Shown one piece after another: positions 24,291 through 40,474 of a DNA stretch of 64,000 nucleotides (positions are counted from its first letter, which is position 1; each line of letters opens with the position of its first letter). Made by a program: the position numbers and the translations under genes. Source of the DNA: the human T2T-CHM13v2.0 reference genome, Homo sapiens. Location: assembly GCF_009914755.1 (NCBI RefSeq), contig NC_060926.1. One strand, given 5' to 3'. Below the pieces are notes generated by a model. That model had not been told where the DNA came from, made no database searches, and was given only the letters and a program-made list of their open reading frames with translations.

Positions 24291-27200
24291 ATTCACACAA
24301 ATATGGGAAATCTGACACAAATTCTAAATTATATTTATGGGAAATAACGCTTGCTGATGCCAGTAACAATAAAATTTTTGATCCTTCTAGACACATCCTA
24401 GTAGATATAGGTTATAAATGGCAGTGTTTGACTAATAAACTCTTTTATATGCAGACAGCAAATGAGACAAGTGAGTAGAGACAACACCAGGAGTACGCCA
24501 CCAGCAATTATATCTTCTGGTTCCAGCCAGTGCTTTCACAAGGGCCATTTTTTCCTGCCTCTCGGAAGGGACTGATAGACTTTCCAATTATGTGGTACCA
24601 GTGTTTGTCATTTTATTAATTAAAGTCCTGTATGTAAAGCCGGAACGGCATTGTGGCTAGGCCTAATGCTATTATTTCTCTCATGGCCCATTCCTCCTCC
24701 AGAGGTAATTATTGCAATTTTATGTCTTGAATATGCCCCATGTTTGCTATGCATACCTCGTGGCAGCTTCAGGACAATCCCTTCAACCCACAGAAAATAC
24801 TGTGTGTTCAAAAGCCTGCAGTGATCAAAAGAGACTCAGTGACATCAAATAATATCTATTCTGCATGCAACACCCCTAAATGTAGGAAATGTTCTGACGG
24901 GGCAGGTGCTATCTTTCTTCAAATTTCTGAAGACCTGCATGAATTCCAATAGTAGAGACAAAACCAAGGCTAGATGCTGTAGTGTGTATTTCACTTCAAG
25001 AGAAGGAAACACATTTTTAACAGAGATGCTCAAAGATGAGCTTGCATGGTGGGGGTACTCCCTGGGTATTCCCCATCCAGTCTCTGTTGAATGACTGGGA
25101 TTGGAATTGTCATCAGGAACATCTCTGTATGGGGGTTAAGGCTCTCCCTCAATATAGGGTGCCAGAGGGTTGTAATTCTCAGTGTGAACCGGTAATTTTG
25201 ACTTCCCTGGTTTCAGTGTGGTATCTTCTTAACTTCAGCTGAGAATACTGACTCACTGCAAAATCCAGTGTTTTTGTTCACCATCTTCTAGTTCACCTGG
25301 AAAAATGAAACACCAACTCTCTAGCTATAAATAGCCTAATGACAAATCAACCCAGCACAGCAAGAAGCTGGCCAGATGCAGATTTTTGATAACAAGGAAA
25401 TAAAACACGTTTCTGGCAAATGCTTGCAATTATGGAGGCTTAAGAAATGCTGGATTCCTGGTCTTGCAGGATACTTAAAAGATCAGGATCCTTCCTGAAA
25501 ATACCACTTAATGTTTCTTTTCTGAGGGATTATGTAGAAGCCAGGGAACACCAGTGGACATTCATATGCCCTCTTTCTAAAAACATGAAGGCCACATACA
25601 AAAATAATCACCTTGAGATCTCTGGCTGGTGAGGTTATAAAGTTACAAGTTTTTTTTTTTTCTTCTGTGGTCTTTTCTTTCTTTTCCAATTTTTTTTTTT
25701 ACAATGAATATCTGACTTTTGATAACTAGAACAAAAACAATGAAATTAATTTAGAGTGTGCAGCTGTTAAAAGCATGTTTATGAAGACTAATATTGATAT
25801 GGGAAAATGTAATGTTAAATAAGAAATAAGACACAGGATGTTTATATTTATATAAACCCTTTCTCTATAGCAAAGCTCAAATCTAAATCTATCTGTCTGG
25901 AAGGAAATGTACCAATATCTTTGGGGGGTAAGATTTTGGGCAATTTCAATTTTCTTCTTCATACTTTCCTGCATTTTCCTAATGTTCTACAATGAACATA
26001 AAGTTCTTTTATAATCAGAGAAAGCAATAAATGCTATATTAAAAAGGTGGTGAGAGAGGATTCTGATGTTGGAAAACAGTAAAAGCTAGTACTATGTTTT
26101 TACCCACTTCAGGGAGAATCAAGTTATTGTGCCTGTACTCTAGGCTTTGTGAGGGAGATCAAGGGAAGGTGGGAGCTTCTGTGGAATGCGGTGGGACCGT
26201 GCTGTGAACGGAACGCAAGCTTTCGTATCAGAAAGAATGGTCTATTTTTTACGTATCACGTAATATCTCAGAGCTTCAGCATCTTCTTCCGTCAAGTGGG
26301 GTCAACAGTACCCTGCTTAGATATTTATTATGGGGCTTTAATAAGATTATATGAGACCAGTGCCCAGCTTAGCGAAGACATTTGATAAATGTTAGTTCCT
26401 TTCTCCTGCATGGAAAAGAGCAGGCAGGGGACACTTTGTTAGAGATAAACAGTTCACAAAAAACAGACTACGACAGGGTGAAAATGCTGTGTTAAAGTTT
26501 CTGTCTGGTTTTTTTTTTTGTTGCTGTTTTTTAATCTTCTGGGTTCCCTAGAGAATTATCTTTCCAGGCTTATGGGAAGAAAAAGATGGTATTTTCTTCA
26601 GTCACACTGTCATGGTGTGATCCTGGGCAAACGGCCTCCTCTGTGTCTCAGTTTCTCTGTGTATGATGGAGATGACACTGAGGAGTAGCTTTGTAATCTG
26701 ACTGCTGGGGAACAGGATGATTCTAGGCAATGAAACTCCCACAGCCTTCACGGACACCACTGGAAAAAGTAGATGTGGGGCACAGGAGCATCTGCAGGGG
26801 GCCCAGAGCCCTCTGGGGAGTATTTTTCCCTGATAGCTGGAGGGAGTGTGTGCTCTCAATGGGGTGTTCCCCCATATATGGGTGACATGAATGTGTTGCA
26901 ATGACCACTAGTGGGAGCCAGAGAGGTCTGTGATTAACATACAGCTTTTGAATGGGAACCAAGTCTGTGCCAAGTGCCAAGGAAGATCCTATTCACACCC
27001 AGGGGCTGAGACAGTGATTCTTCCTAGACCTCAGCTTCATCATGCAATGGGAGAGGTATTAGTTGTGAATGGCTCAAAGGTATTACATTAATTATGTCTG
27101 ACTGCAGTTACAATTGCTGTTGATTACTGCAGGCATTAGCAAGTGCTCTGGCAGAGTCGACCACTTAACAGGCAGTGGTGATAGAATGCTGGGCTCCAGT

Positions 27201-30200
27201 GGCTTCCTAGCTCTAGGTGCTGGGGTAAGAATGACTTTGGCTCAGAAAGCTCAGGAAGGTGTCATTTGTTGGGTCCTCGAGACTCATTGAGGAGTCTTCT
27301 TGTTCACTCTCATCCTGGAAGAGGGTTATGCTTGCAACCGTGGGGGGTGGGGGTGGGGCTGCACAATTAATTAGTTAATTATCAACGAAGTGGGTTTATT
27401 GGGCATGTCCTGCTGGTGCTAATGTGGACACTGTGTGAAATAACGCTCCCGACCTGCCCACGTGTTGCTGATTGACTGAGAGGAGAAATCAGAACACAAG
27501 CAGTGGCTGAATTTATGCAGCAGCAACTTCCTCATGCCTGAGTAACGTAAGATGAGGGATCATAATAATAATAATTGCTGCCATTCATCAAGCTTTGCAG
27601 AGAAGACAAAGGCTTTTCACATTTTCCTCTGATCCTGGTAACAACCTCATGCAGCAACTAAAACAGGTTTTTTGTTGTTGTTGTTTTCTCAAATTAAAGG
27701 AAGTCACTTGCTTGAGGTCATATGGCTCCTCAGTGGGGCAGAGCTGGGATCTAAACTCAGGCCATCTAAATCAAATCGAGTATTTATAGATTTGGTTGGG
27801 GAGTTGGGCAGACCTGGTTTGAATCATGACTCTGCCTCTAGCAGGGTGACTTTGGGCAGTCACTTAAACTCTTTAAGCTCCAGTTTCTGTATCAATAAAT
27901 GGGGGTAATAATTTTTTATAACGAGATAATGTAGGTGAAATGCTTAGCATAGTGCCAGCCTTATACTAGGGAATCAATATTTGAAAACTACATCCTTAGT
28001 TGGCTTTATCGATACTAAGGGTCCCTTCCTCCAGCACTGGACTAAGTGAAGGCTTCTTTCTACTAGGGTGCAAAGAGCTAGGGTGTTTGAAGGCCCTCAT
28101 TAAGAATAATGGCTTGCTTTTCAGCATAATACAGCCAAGTGATTTGTAAGTGACCTGAAGACCAGAAGTTTTCACACTGAATGTAAGTGTTCTTAACTTT
28201 TCTGTAGAATAAACACCCCAAAGAGATCCCAGATTCCTGTGGGCTATCTCCCCGCATGGCTGGCCACACGGCAGGTTTGAAATCAATACTTGCTGGTTCA
28301 CCACCTAACTGTGGACCCTCAGTGTCCCTCCCTCGCTCATCCCTCTTGCTCGGGGTCCGTGTGTGCATCCAGCCAGTCAAGTGCCTTGTTGCCATGGCTC
28401 AGGGGCTCATCAGAACAGGGAAGATTTTATCCACTCACAGGGTAGCCGTGGGAGGTGGAGAGACTCTGTAAGCTTTGATACACAGGGGATTCTCATTACA
28501 GTGATGTTATTACAGGTGTCTGGATGGTTGTCATTAGAGACTGGAAGTGGGGCCCAAATCTCTTACTCATGTAGAGAGCCTTTGGAAAAAGCCATTTGGA
28601 AAATGCCTCGAGAACCACTGCAGCTTCCTCCTTTGTATTAGAGGCCCTTGCCCTCTAACACAAAGTTGCGGATGCCTAGACCCCAGCTAAAGGCTTTCTG
28701 AGGTTACTGTCTCCATCACCAGCAGTGTTAGCAGCTGCCAGGGCTCAGCCCTCCTGAGGTTTCAGCACCAGGGTGAGGGTGACTCATGGGGTAGATGAGG
28801 GGCAACCATAGTTGAAGCTGACTTCAGGGCCAACCAAGGCAGAGCAGGTGCTCTTCAAAATGCACCATCTATGAGCCTAATTGTGACCTAGGGGATGGAG
28901 TGAGATCATAAAGGTGGGGAGGCCTTGGGGCTTCCAAAAACGGCAGTGAGGGTGGGAGCTCTTCCTCTGGGTTTCTTAGAGTAGGGGCACATATGCTGCT
29001 CAGCTCTTCCTAGGGGTACCCAAAGCCACAGGGCAAACAGGGTGTAGCTTCCTGGAGTGTTAGCCACTCAACAGTAAATAATGAGGCATGTTTTTGTGTC
29101 CAAACAAATAGGTATGTTAAGGAATAAAATACAGAATTGACATTTAAGTTAAAAAAAGGGGTTTGTAAAAGAAAAGTCAGGCTTATGACGTTCTGCTCTG
29201 GGCCGTGTCACCAGACTTCCTCCCTGCCTTGAGTGACCTCGTTGACGGCAGCTGTCCCACTCCCAGGAGCTCCCCTGGGGAAAGTGGAGATGCTCTTGCA
29301 TCTGGAGGACACTGTGGGCCTTGCTGGCCAGCTGTGTGTGGTCTAGGTTCCTCTCCTGAGCCTTCTCTCATTTATAAAAAGGTGACAATATCATCTTCTC
29401 TGGGGGATGGGGGCGATGTGGGGGAAGGCCCCTCTGTAAACATGTTGGGACTATATCAAGGTATGGGGTTATTGTTCTGTGTAGGTGTCTGCTGATGGGG
29501 CAGTGGAGCAAAGGGACTTTTGGCAGATTGGAGGAGGGAGCTCCCATGCCCATGCTGGCTGGGGAGAGGAGCTGGTGGAGATGGTGGACAGGGGTGGCAG
29601 GGCCCCCTTGGCTGCTGTTAAAGCATAAACTTCCTCTGACTCCAGCCACTGAGCTGGGCAACACCCCTCTCCACTGGCAATAGTTGGGAGAGGGGTGTTG
29701 CCATATTGCCAGGCTACCCAGGGCAGGGCAGAGGCCAAACCCTCCAGATTCAGGCTCCTTGGAGAAGGCAGGCTCCAGCCTTGGTCTCAGAATCATCACT
29801 AAAGTCAGATAAGAAGATAATAATAGTAATGGCTACAACAGAGTAGCAGAAACCACAGGTTCCATTTTTAAGCACCTAATTGTGTCTAGATTCAGGCTGG
29901 GCATGTTTCATATCTCCTCTCACTCATTTCTCCTGACAGTCCTGGAGAGGATACTGAAGCCGAGAACAGTGGGTCGCTATACTCAAGGTCTCCAGGCTAG
30001 AAAGTGGGGGGGCTTCCTCCAAGGGCTAAGGGACTTCAAGCCCTGTCCTTCCCACTGTACCACGTTGCCTTGGTGATGCTCCTTTTGCACTGGCCCCACA
30101 TGGCCAGCTGGATTCTTCTGGTCACAGGAGATGGCGTGGCTGTTGGGCTGTGGGGCAGGAGGGAGGCAGCTCTACCTGGAGCCACCACCCTGCTCCGACT

Positions 30201-32026
30201 TGCTCTAGGTATCAGCATTACACTGTGGGAGCCAGAGGAGCCCTGTGCTTTCTGATAGGCCCAACATTATGTCCTCCTGGGCAGAGAGTGGACAACTTAG
30301 AGGGATCATATGCTAGCTTGGGGTCCTGACCGTGGTCTCCAATGCAGGAAGAGGCGTGTGCAGAGAACAGCATGTGTGAAAACAATCCCCAGCCAGACTA
30401 GCTGGATCTGCTCTTAATTTAGGCAAGCACTGACTCCTAGAGCTGGACTTGCTTTCTCCCAATTCAGGCACATTCTGTCACTGCAGAGATGTCACAGCAT
30501 CAGATGAGATGGGGGTTGGACATCCACAGGAACTCTGCCTGATGAGTATCTTGGTCCCCAAATACCTGACCAAAGGGACTTGGGCTTAGTGAGGGAGATA
30601 GAGATAACATTACCCTGGAATCCCTCTAGCTTGGTACTGGTCCCCAACTATTTACAAGAAGGGTTTTACAAACACCACAAAGTGTAGCATTGCTTGGCCA
30701 TGCATGGGCAGAGAGGCTGGTCCCAGGTGGGCTCTGATAGGGGCTTGCTTGTTCTTCTACCAGTCAGCCCAGAGAGGGGAAGTGTGCAATATTCTTCTCC
30801 CTAGATGGTCATCCGTTCTATGCAGAAGGTAAACTGGCTCCAGGAAATAACAACTTTATTTGCAATCAAGCCCATGAGGCCTCCTGGAATGGCTTCTCCT
30901 TCCTGATTTGCTAAAGTAAGTTGGATCACATGGGGCCGAGAATGAGGCCCACCCAATGAACAAACTCCATTTGAGTCCTGTAGGTGAGTGGCAGTGTCCC
31001 CTTGGTGGCTCAGGAGTTAGACCCAGTGACTACTCCCAGCCTGTGGAGAGACGAAGGGGAGAACTCTTTGTTTACACAATGGGGTGGGATTCTCTATCTG
31101 CCTGCAGAAATGAGGTGGTGGGGCTCTGAGTTAGGTGACAGTAATGCCAGTTCTGATGCTTTTGAAGCTCTCATCAACTCTCCCCAAGTTGAGAAGGTTC
31201 CATCTGTCTCCAGCAGGGCAGTGTGACAGGAAGAGCATGAAACTCAGAATCATAAGATCTAGGTTTGGTCTTGTGTTTATTAGCTGTGGGTCTTGAGGTG
31301 AATTTCATGATCTGGATGGGGAGCCCGTGATGCATAGGATCTGCTCTGGAAAACGAGTTGAATTCAATAGTTATGCTCATCTTCTTTGGCTCCTGTCGAG
31401 AGTTTGGTGGGGGCTGATAAAGGAAGGTCCCCTTCTGCTTTTGTTTTTCCTCGGTCTCATGCCATCTGATACTAAGTTTTCTTACTCTTATCCTCCTTTT
31501 CTTGACTTTCCACAGAAGATTTTGTCACTGAGTTTAATAAACTTTAAAAACACAGCAGTCAGAAAAGTTCCTCTCTTTTTCCCATCTTCAGAGTCCTATT
31601 TGCCTGCTGCCGAGGTCGGGGGCAAGCTTCAATAAGCCCAATCAACACAGCCTGCCTCTCGGCTTCCCTGCTTCTGCGTCACACTGAGAGGCTGGAGGGA
31701 AGGATAAGCCTGTTTCCAGGGATGATCACCAGCACCCTGAAAAGTCTTACAAAATCAATCAGAGAGCAATTTACAGAAAAATTCCCTGCCTTCGGGTGCG
31801 TTCCTTTGAGAAGGGCTTCAGGGATGGATGGCCAAGGTCAACTCCAGGGGCCATGGCGTCTTCTCACATCCCTCTGGGCTACATTTGCTGGTTTTAATGA
31901 CACAAAGGATGGGTCCCCTTTTCTCCAGGCCCATGTAGACGTGGAAGGGGCCCGCTGGTCACCTTCTGCCTAGATCACAGCAGCTCCCCACAGCTAATCC
32001 AACCTGATTCCTTTTATTGCTAGAGG

Positions 32027-32034
32027 TGACGTCA
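32027..32034. promoter_or_regulatory. Full palindromic CRE (TGACGTCA)
   Basis: Exact motif with its CpG retained; function not shown. Confidence 0.3.
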
Positions 32035-32073
32035 GGGGTGGAAAGGTTCGGCTGTGTCCCAAGATCCCAGAGG

Positions 32074-32130
32074 GTGTGTGCACGCATGTGTGTATGTGTG
32101 TGTGTGTTTGCGTGTACATATGTATGTGTG
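32074..32130. repeat. Imperfect (TG)n / purine-pyrimidine alternating tract
   Basis: Read directly; one ttt interruption at 32107-32109. Confidence 0.8.
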
Positions 32131-35100
32131 AGAAGAGGGGAGACGCAACTGCAGCTCTGGCCAGGTAGGAAAACCAGCATTGAGGAACTGACCACCACAA
32201 ATTGGGGGGATCCCATCTCATTTTTGGATCAAATTGCACTTCTGTAGCTCACACAAGAAAAACTGCTTCCATGCCTTGGAGGGGAAAGAAAATGAGGAAA
32301 GTCCACTTTTTCTCCTTGCAGGCCCAGAAGGCCTGAGAACGTGGTTTAAATTATTCTAGTCACAGGCAGGCTATTCAAATAAAATAGAATTTCAAACCAC
32401 ACGGGGCTTGTTGAGACATTCAGGCTGCTGGGGTGTGTGAAAGGCAGGGGGCTGGGGTGGTGTCAGCCGCCACTCTGCCGTGCTCTTTATTACCAGCGGC
32501 TGCAATGCCAGACACATCCGCGGGTGTCTCAAAGCCGAGGCGGATTCGAGCAGGTCTGACAGCAAGTGAGCACATGAAAGCCACTGCAAGCCTTCCCTCC
32601 CCGGTGGCAACTTTAATTATTTGAACTGGAGCTCAGAAAAATAAAAATAAAAATAACATCAGAATATATTGTAAGTGGCTCCCCAGTTTCCTGCAGAGAA
32701 GAGCTTGTGGCGGAGAGGAGGAACACAAAAAGAAAACCAAAACCACAGCGTTCTTTCTTGTTTGTGGCTGGGCGAGGCAGAGGTCTTTAAATATTCATGC
32801 CCCGTGTGTAACTGTGCAGAGAGATAGGAGGCAGCCGTGGTAGTCAGCAAGAGCAGGCTGCAGGAGCCTGGAGGGAGGAGGTGGGAGTGGGGCAGGCTTC
32901 TGGAATGCCCTGGAAGTTAGATTGGCACAAAGGCACACTGTGGCTATGCCTCCATCATGGGGGGCTCCTGACCTGGTTTCATATGCTCTCCCACCCGCTT
33001 CTCTTCTCCCCCGCCTCCATCATTTCTCATCCCTTTTCTGACTCATCTTTCTAAAAGACAAGTGACATCACGCTATTTGGGGCCACAGACAGGAGGAAAA
33101 CTCTCTGCATGGGCTCAGAATGAATTTCAGTCACAATTGGCAAGCACACCTACAGCCAATAGCTCTGAAGTTTCAGTGCACCTCCAAATCACCAAGGATA
33201 GGGTTTAAAAATGCAGAGCCCTGGGCCCCACTCTTCGCGATGTCATTCAGTAGGTCCAGGGTGGGGCATTTGTTACATTTTCCAGGTGAATGTGACTGGT
33301 GAAACACAGAACTACTGGTTAACTCACTTTCTAGACTTTGCAGGAAATTCTTGAAGATGACACCAGTTCTTCTCTGGGAATCCATTGATGATTGTGGTGT
33401 CTTGAGATAGTGTACGATGACTTTAACTTCCCGGAGACCAGGACTGAGCTGGGTTTGAAGAAGGTCCTTCGTGGTAGGCATCAGCCTCAGGGCTCAGCTG
33501 GACCAGTCGCCAGTCCCTGTAGGCCTGATGCTCATCAGAGTCCTGTCCCCAAAACTCTGCCTAGTGTCCATCTTTCTGCACTCGGGCCCCATAGGCAACA
33601 GAAGCCCCTGTAGGGTTGGTGGGGTTTGAAAGCCCTGAGTGAACCTCACATAGTCCCCCAGAGAAATGCAATATCCATTTTTTTCTGCCACTGGGGTTTA
33701 GCCCGCCCGGGAGGAGGAAATCAACTTCCTGCATTCTGCATTTAGGATTCACATAAAATAAATGGTAGGGCTTACAAATCTAGAAATGCATATTTCTATT
33801 TTGGTTATTTATTTTCCTGATAAAAACATTTCTCCCAACATTGGGAATTCAAAGACCCATCAGCATTAGACAAATGGTCTGAAAACCTGAATGTGAAATC
33901 ATATGAATATATATAAATATAAATAATGTGAGTGTGGAATGGACTTATTCCCTTCCTTTCATTATGCCTGCTGAGCCAAGTTCTGGAAAAGGGCAGGGAA
34001 TAGCAGAAACAGCCCAGAGCAAATTAGACTGCAGGAAAAATAAAACAGGCCAGTAAAACGAAACACCTGTTTAAGCTATTGATCAACTCAAAGGTTATTA
34101 GAGAAATGATGAAGTATTAGAATAATATCATTTGTACCTTGACATTTCTTTTTCTGAAATTTGGCTCATATTAAACCCAGCGAAGAGTAAATTTAAAGAC
34201 CAAATGCTCTTAAGGATCCTCCCGTCCTCTCCGGTGGGCCAACCATCTGTCTTCATTTATATGTTCTCTCAAAAAGCCCTCCTTTCTAGGTACCTGCTCT
34301 CAGACACCTGAGAAATATCAGCAATGACTGTGTAATTCCACCATCTGCATGAGATAGCATGGTTTCTCAAACACAATTTAATTTAATGAATCTATTTATT
34401 TGTGCTCAGAATTCTTCCAAAAAGGATTTAAGGTGGTTCACAGAGATACATAAAATCTAGTAGGATAGCATAGCCTAGAAGAGGGTGAGAAGGAAGTGGC
34501 GAATGTCGAGTTATAAAATCAAACCAGGAGTAAGCTGCTACAAATTGCATATCACAAAGTCCCATTTGCTTGCCAAGTGGAGCCTTGGTTTTAATTTAAC
34601 CACTCCTCGGATTAAAAAATCATTTCTACAACTTTTCCATTCTTATTTGTTTTCTGTCTGTGAGTTTTTATTTTATGAGAAACTCGAGGGGCTTGATTCT
34701 GCCTGCATCCCTTAGCAGGGGCAATCCTGTTGTCTGTCCCTCTGCTGGCCACAGAACCACCACCCTGGGATTTCTATTAGCCACAGAAGGAGAAGTGAAT
34801 CTGGTCAGTTTCACAATGTCTACAACTTGACAGGAAACAAATTGCTCAGAGGGTGCATAGCTATTCCTGAAACTGAGCCAGACAGGAATTTCTCCTGTGA
34901 GTGTCCAGAACGAGATGACTGGCCAAACCCAAACTACGTGTAGGTTTTCTACTACACGCAAGATGTTGATGCAGGTGCAGTGAGGGAGTACAAAGAAGCA
35001 CAAGACATGGCCTGCTCTCTTGGAGCTTACAGTCTGATTTCTGGCTCAAGTTCTCTTCCTCTTCCCCCAGTGTCCTTCTGAATGTTGATACAGTGTGCCA

Positions 35101-35887
35101 GGCACCCTGTGGGCTAAATACTGCAGTGCTTACTTTGTGCCCAATGCTCTTCCAAGCCCTTTGGACATTATCTATTTAATCCTCACTCTTCAGGATAGGC
35201 ACTATAAATGTGTTCACTTTCCCAGTGAGGAAACTGAAGCCCCAAGAGGTTAATTAACTGCCCAAACAAACTATACAATCAATCAGTGGTGGAACCCGAC
35301 TTGGACTCAGAAATTTGATTCTAGAGTCCATGAGCTTAATCACTGTACCATGCTGGGGTCTTAAGTACATTTCTTGGCCCCTAAAGAATATGACTGTATG
35401 CTAAGGAACAGGGCGCCAGTCCCTCCACCCACACACCAATGAGATAACAGCATCAGGAACCATTTGAGAGAGTAGTTTTGGAGGTACCTCACTGAATGCC
35501 ATTGATGTCTTAGTGAAATTTATGTAAATCAAATTTTTGAGGATGTATAGTATTTACAATGTATTACAAGAGCTCAATGTTTTTAAAAAGGATTCTGTAG
35601 AAAGTCTTTTGCAATCCTTGTCACTCTCCCTTGTTATGCCATGGAAAATCTCTTCTGGGTTTGATTAAATCATGGTTCTACTGCAAGTAGTTCAGTGCAG
35701 CTGGGTATGGCTGTTTAAGGCATGATTCTCTGTAGATAGGGCTTTACCATGTTGATGGACATGCTCTGCCTCGAAGATGGCAGAGGTGGCCCTCTTGTTC
35801 TCTCCCCAGGAGAACGACCAGCCCAGCCAGCTAGGCTACTTTCTTAATTTGGGTTCCGGAAGTGACAAGAGGTGGGAGGAGAAATTA

Positions 35888-36034
<147 letters not shown>

Positions 36035-36180
36035 TCACAAGCACGCCATTATCAGGAACTGGGGGACCAGGGGTGCAGGGTTAATGGACTGTGCACAGTT
36101 CTTATCTAGCCTAGGGATATCTTTGAGGAAACAGGTTTCTGGCCTGCAATGGAGAAGAAAGCCCACCTGTCAACAATTTC

Positions 36181-36476
<296 letters not shown>

Positions 36477-38191
36477 AACAATTTCATTCTAAACTGCCTG
36501 TGAGGTCCCAGCACCATCATCTGGGCTACCACATCCCTGATCTTCCAAGGTCACCAGCTTTAGCCCATGGCCCAGGACTAGCCTGAAGCACACTGGCCTC
36601 CCCAGCTCCACCCTCCCCATTTTCAGTCATGCGTGGCCTTCCAGTGGTTTCTGTGACCTTCACTCTCTTCTCCCCTGTCCAGAACCCAGGTCGTCCTGTG
36701 CCCCTGCCCATGAAGACTCACTTCTTATATTTTCTAAGCATGGCTCTGCCTGAAAATCTGGGAGAACAGGGGCTCCCATCCACACGTGGTGGTGGGAAGA
36801 AGCATCTGCAAACTTTCAGGGTCTGCAGAGCATTTTGTACGTGGCCGGTGCTGTGGTATGAGTGCCATTGTGAGCTCACAACACTTTAGGGGGCCACAGA
36901 ACCCCAAGCATTATACTTTAGTCTTTCCTTTCTACCTTTCTGCCTCTCTCAGTAAAGGCTGTTATTAAGTAACAAATTCGGGTGGGTCAAGGGCAGAGTA
37001 ACCAAGAGATCTCAGCAAGCATGAGGGAGATTCAAGGAGCTGGCATTGTGTGACTGGGGACAGAAAAGCCCTCATGCAGGCAGGCGGGTCACAATTGTTC
37101 CCTTCAGATTTCTGAGGGGCTGCCTTGGTGGGAGAGGGGGTAGTTCAGTTCTGTGGGGCTCCAGGGGGCAAAAGGCATGATAAATGAGTAGAAGTCATGG
37201 AGAGGTGGAGCTTGCCTCCAGGTAAGGAAAGCTAATCTGTGATTGAGAACAACAGCATGTCTGCTCTAGGAGGCAGTGGGAGCCCTGTCACTGGCGGTAT
37301 TCCGCAGGGCTGGATGCTTATTTGCTATGGGTGCTGTAGTGGAAATTATCAAACTGGGAACAGAGACATGAAGGGCACATCCAGCTTGGAACTCCATTTC
37401 TCTCCTCTGCGTCTTTTACAGACAGAATGCTAAGAAGGATGCTGCTGCACAGTGGGGACTGAGCCAACTCACTGTTCAACAAATAAGCATTGGAGGGTCT
37501 CTAGTTCCATAGAAAGAAGGCAAATGAAGAGGACAGAAGAAGGAGAGAGACCTTCCCACCCCATCAGCCCTATGCTGCAGAGAGGTGGGCACCAGGGCCT
37601 GCCCGGGTCCCACCACTAGGGACAGCCCCCAAGGCTGGCTAGCCTGGCCTCTCCAGCAGCCTAACGTTGGGAGCTCTGCTGGCCATATAGACTCTCTGTG
37701 ATCCCACATCCTGCCCAGCCTGGTGTCTCTGAGTCTGGAGTCAGCTTACCCAGGAGGGGCTGGCTATCTCTTGGCTGCGTGGAGGCCCTTTGCTCTCTGC
37801 CAGACACGCAGGGTTTGTGGGGAGGATGGACCCCGGAGAGGGGAGGACAGGCATTACTAGCTTAAATCAGGGGTGAGGTAGGGGGATGGCTGGAGAGGCT
37901 GTGCTGCAGGGAATGGACCATGGACCGGGTATAGGGTGAGGCTCCCTGGGCACAACCCTGGGGCAAATGACACAAGGACTTGCTGTGCCTCAGTCTCCCC
38001 AGTCATAAAGAGGGCTATGGCTTTCCCTGCCTCTCAATGAATTATGTGCCTGACACATAGGACGCCCTCAGCACATACTTGTTGATGGAAAGGATTATTA
38101 TCGTTGTTGCTATTATCTTTTTGTTAATCCCTCCTCATGGTTCTTATTTTAAGTAACCAAAGGTGACATCTATCTTGGCCAGATTTAATCA

Positions 38192-38518
<327 letters not shown>

Positions 38519-38999
38519 TCATTTTCAGGACCACTAAAGGCAAAATATGCCAATGCCAAGTCGAATTAGCCAGGCATGACCAAATTATCTTCATTAGTAA
38601 TATAGCTCCCCAGCCAGAATGCTGGATGACTAATGACACTGATTATAATGAAGAGAAGCCCCCAAGCCCTAACTGATGCCCGTGCTGGTTTACAGTTTTC
38701 TTATCTACAGAAAACAAAATAGGAAAAATAACTCTTCAGCATGGGTGTTGTTAGTCCAGTTGTATATCTGACAAAGCAGAGGCTCAGAAATGTGAAGCAA
38801 CTTGACCAAGGTCACACAGCTAACAGATAACCCAGTTAGGACTCGAACCCAGGTCTTCTGCTTCTAAATTCTGCACTCTTTATACTCAGCCACCATGAAT
38901 GTGACCCCAGGAGAAGCCACTGTATAGCTCACTACATTTCTAATGGTTGATACAATGTCCAGACTGTGGTGGTGGTTGTGGTAGTGTTGGCTGGGGGTT

Positions 39000-39415
39000 T
39001 GTCTGGGTCCATCAAATTACCTGTCTGCAGAGACACATATTGCTCAAAACTTTCCATTTGCTTTCCTTTCTCTCCCAACCTGCTTGCAGTTAAGTGAAGA
39101 CATATGATGTGCTCTGGCCAATGAAATGTGAGTGGAAGTGATGTATCTTCTCTGAATTAAGGCTGCTAAAAGCCCTTGTGTAAATCTTTGGTCTCTCTGT
39201 TCCCTTGCTGAAACAACCAATGAAAGTTCTTGTTCCTAAGGGTGACACTATATTGATGGAGGAGCCTCTGCCAGCCTGGGTCCCTGAGTGATCCTGTGGA
39301 GCAGAGGCCCCTCCCACCCACACCCTCATTGGACGGGTACTGTAAATGTTATCCCAAGCCACTGAGATATGGGGTTTATTACTGCAGCATAATCTAGCCT
39401 GTCCTGATCAAACAA
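39000..39415 (+). mobile_element. MLT1 (J/K-like) solo LTR
   Basis: tgctctggccaatgaaatgtgagtggaagtgatg ... gggtccctgagtga ... aagccactgagat ... actgcagcataatctagcct. Confidence 0.7.
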
Positions 39416-40149
39416 TCCCAGTCATTGGGGCCTCTTTATATCATCAGTGGGCTCAGCACAAAGGGCACGTCATCTTTTTCTCTACATCAGACTGATCTCA
39501 GGTCCTATTGAAGAGGTGACCGTCAGCTTTCTAGACTGTATATTTCCCAACTGCCCACAGAAGGAAGAGGAAAGGATAAGAGGGTGAGGGAGAGAGCTCA
39601 CTTTCTCCAGCTCACTCTGAGCATGGCTCCAGGAAAGGCACTCAGCCCTAAGGAGCTAGTGGCCTATTCCAGGCGATTCTGATGGCCCCCAACACCTCCC
39701 AGCCTAGCTGCAGAGAAGCCTGTGTCTCCATGTGGGAGGAAAGAAGCTCTCTAGCTGAGACCCACAGCACTGCATGTCCTTCCTCTGTCTCAGCCTTCTT
39801 GGCAGCAGCAGGCTGACAAAGAGGGCCCTAACGCTTCCTGGCTGTGACAGCACCTTAGTGAATTATTACTCATTTCCCCCAGATTCTCTGTGCATTTCAC
39901 ACAGAGGCAGAATTATAAATTAAAACAGGCTGTCACTGACTTTGAACATCTCTTCCCATTTATACCCCCCTGAAGAAATAATTTCCCCCTAAGCCCCACA
40001 TGTTTCTATGATTAAAAATCCCAAAGCTAAGAAGAACTTTCTGTTTTATTTTTTATTTCCCCCTCAAGGGATCCCACATCTACTTCTCTTGCAGAAACCA
40101 ACTGGTGGAAGTGACCTTCTCACGGAGTGTCCTTCACAAGTGAGTTTTA

Positions 40150-40474
<325 letters not shown>

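Noticed and set aside
28761-28781. Second RE1 candidate TTCAGCACCAGGGTGAG
   Set aside because: The left half-site is perfect, but the right half misses the GGACAG core at two positions, so it is at best a half-site.
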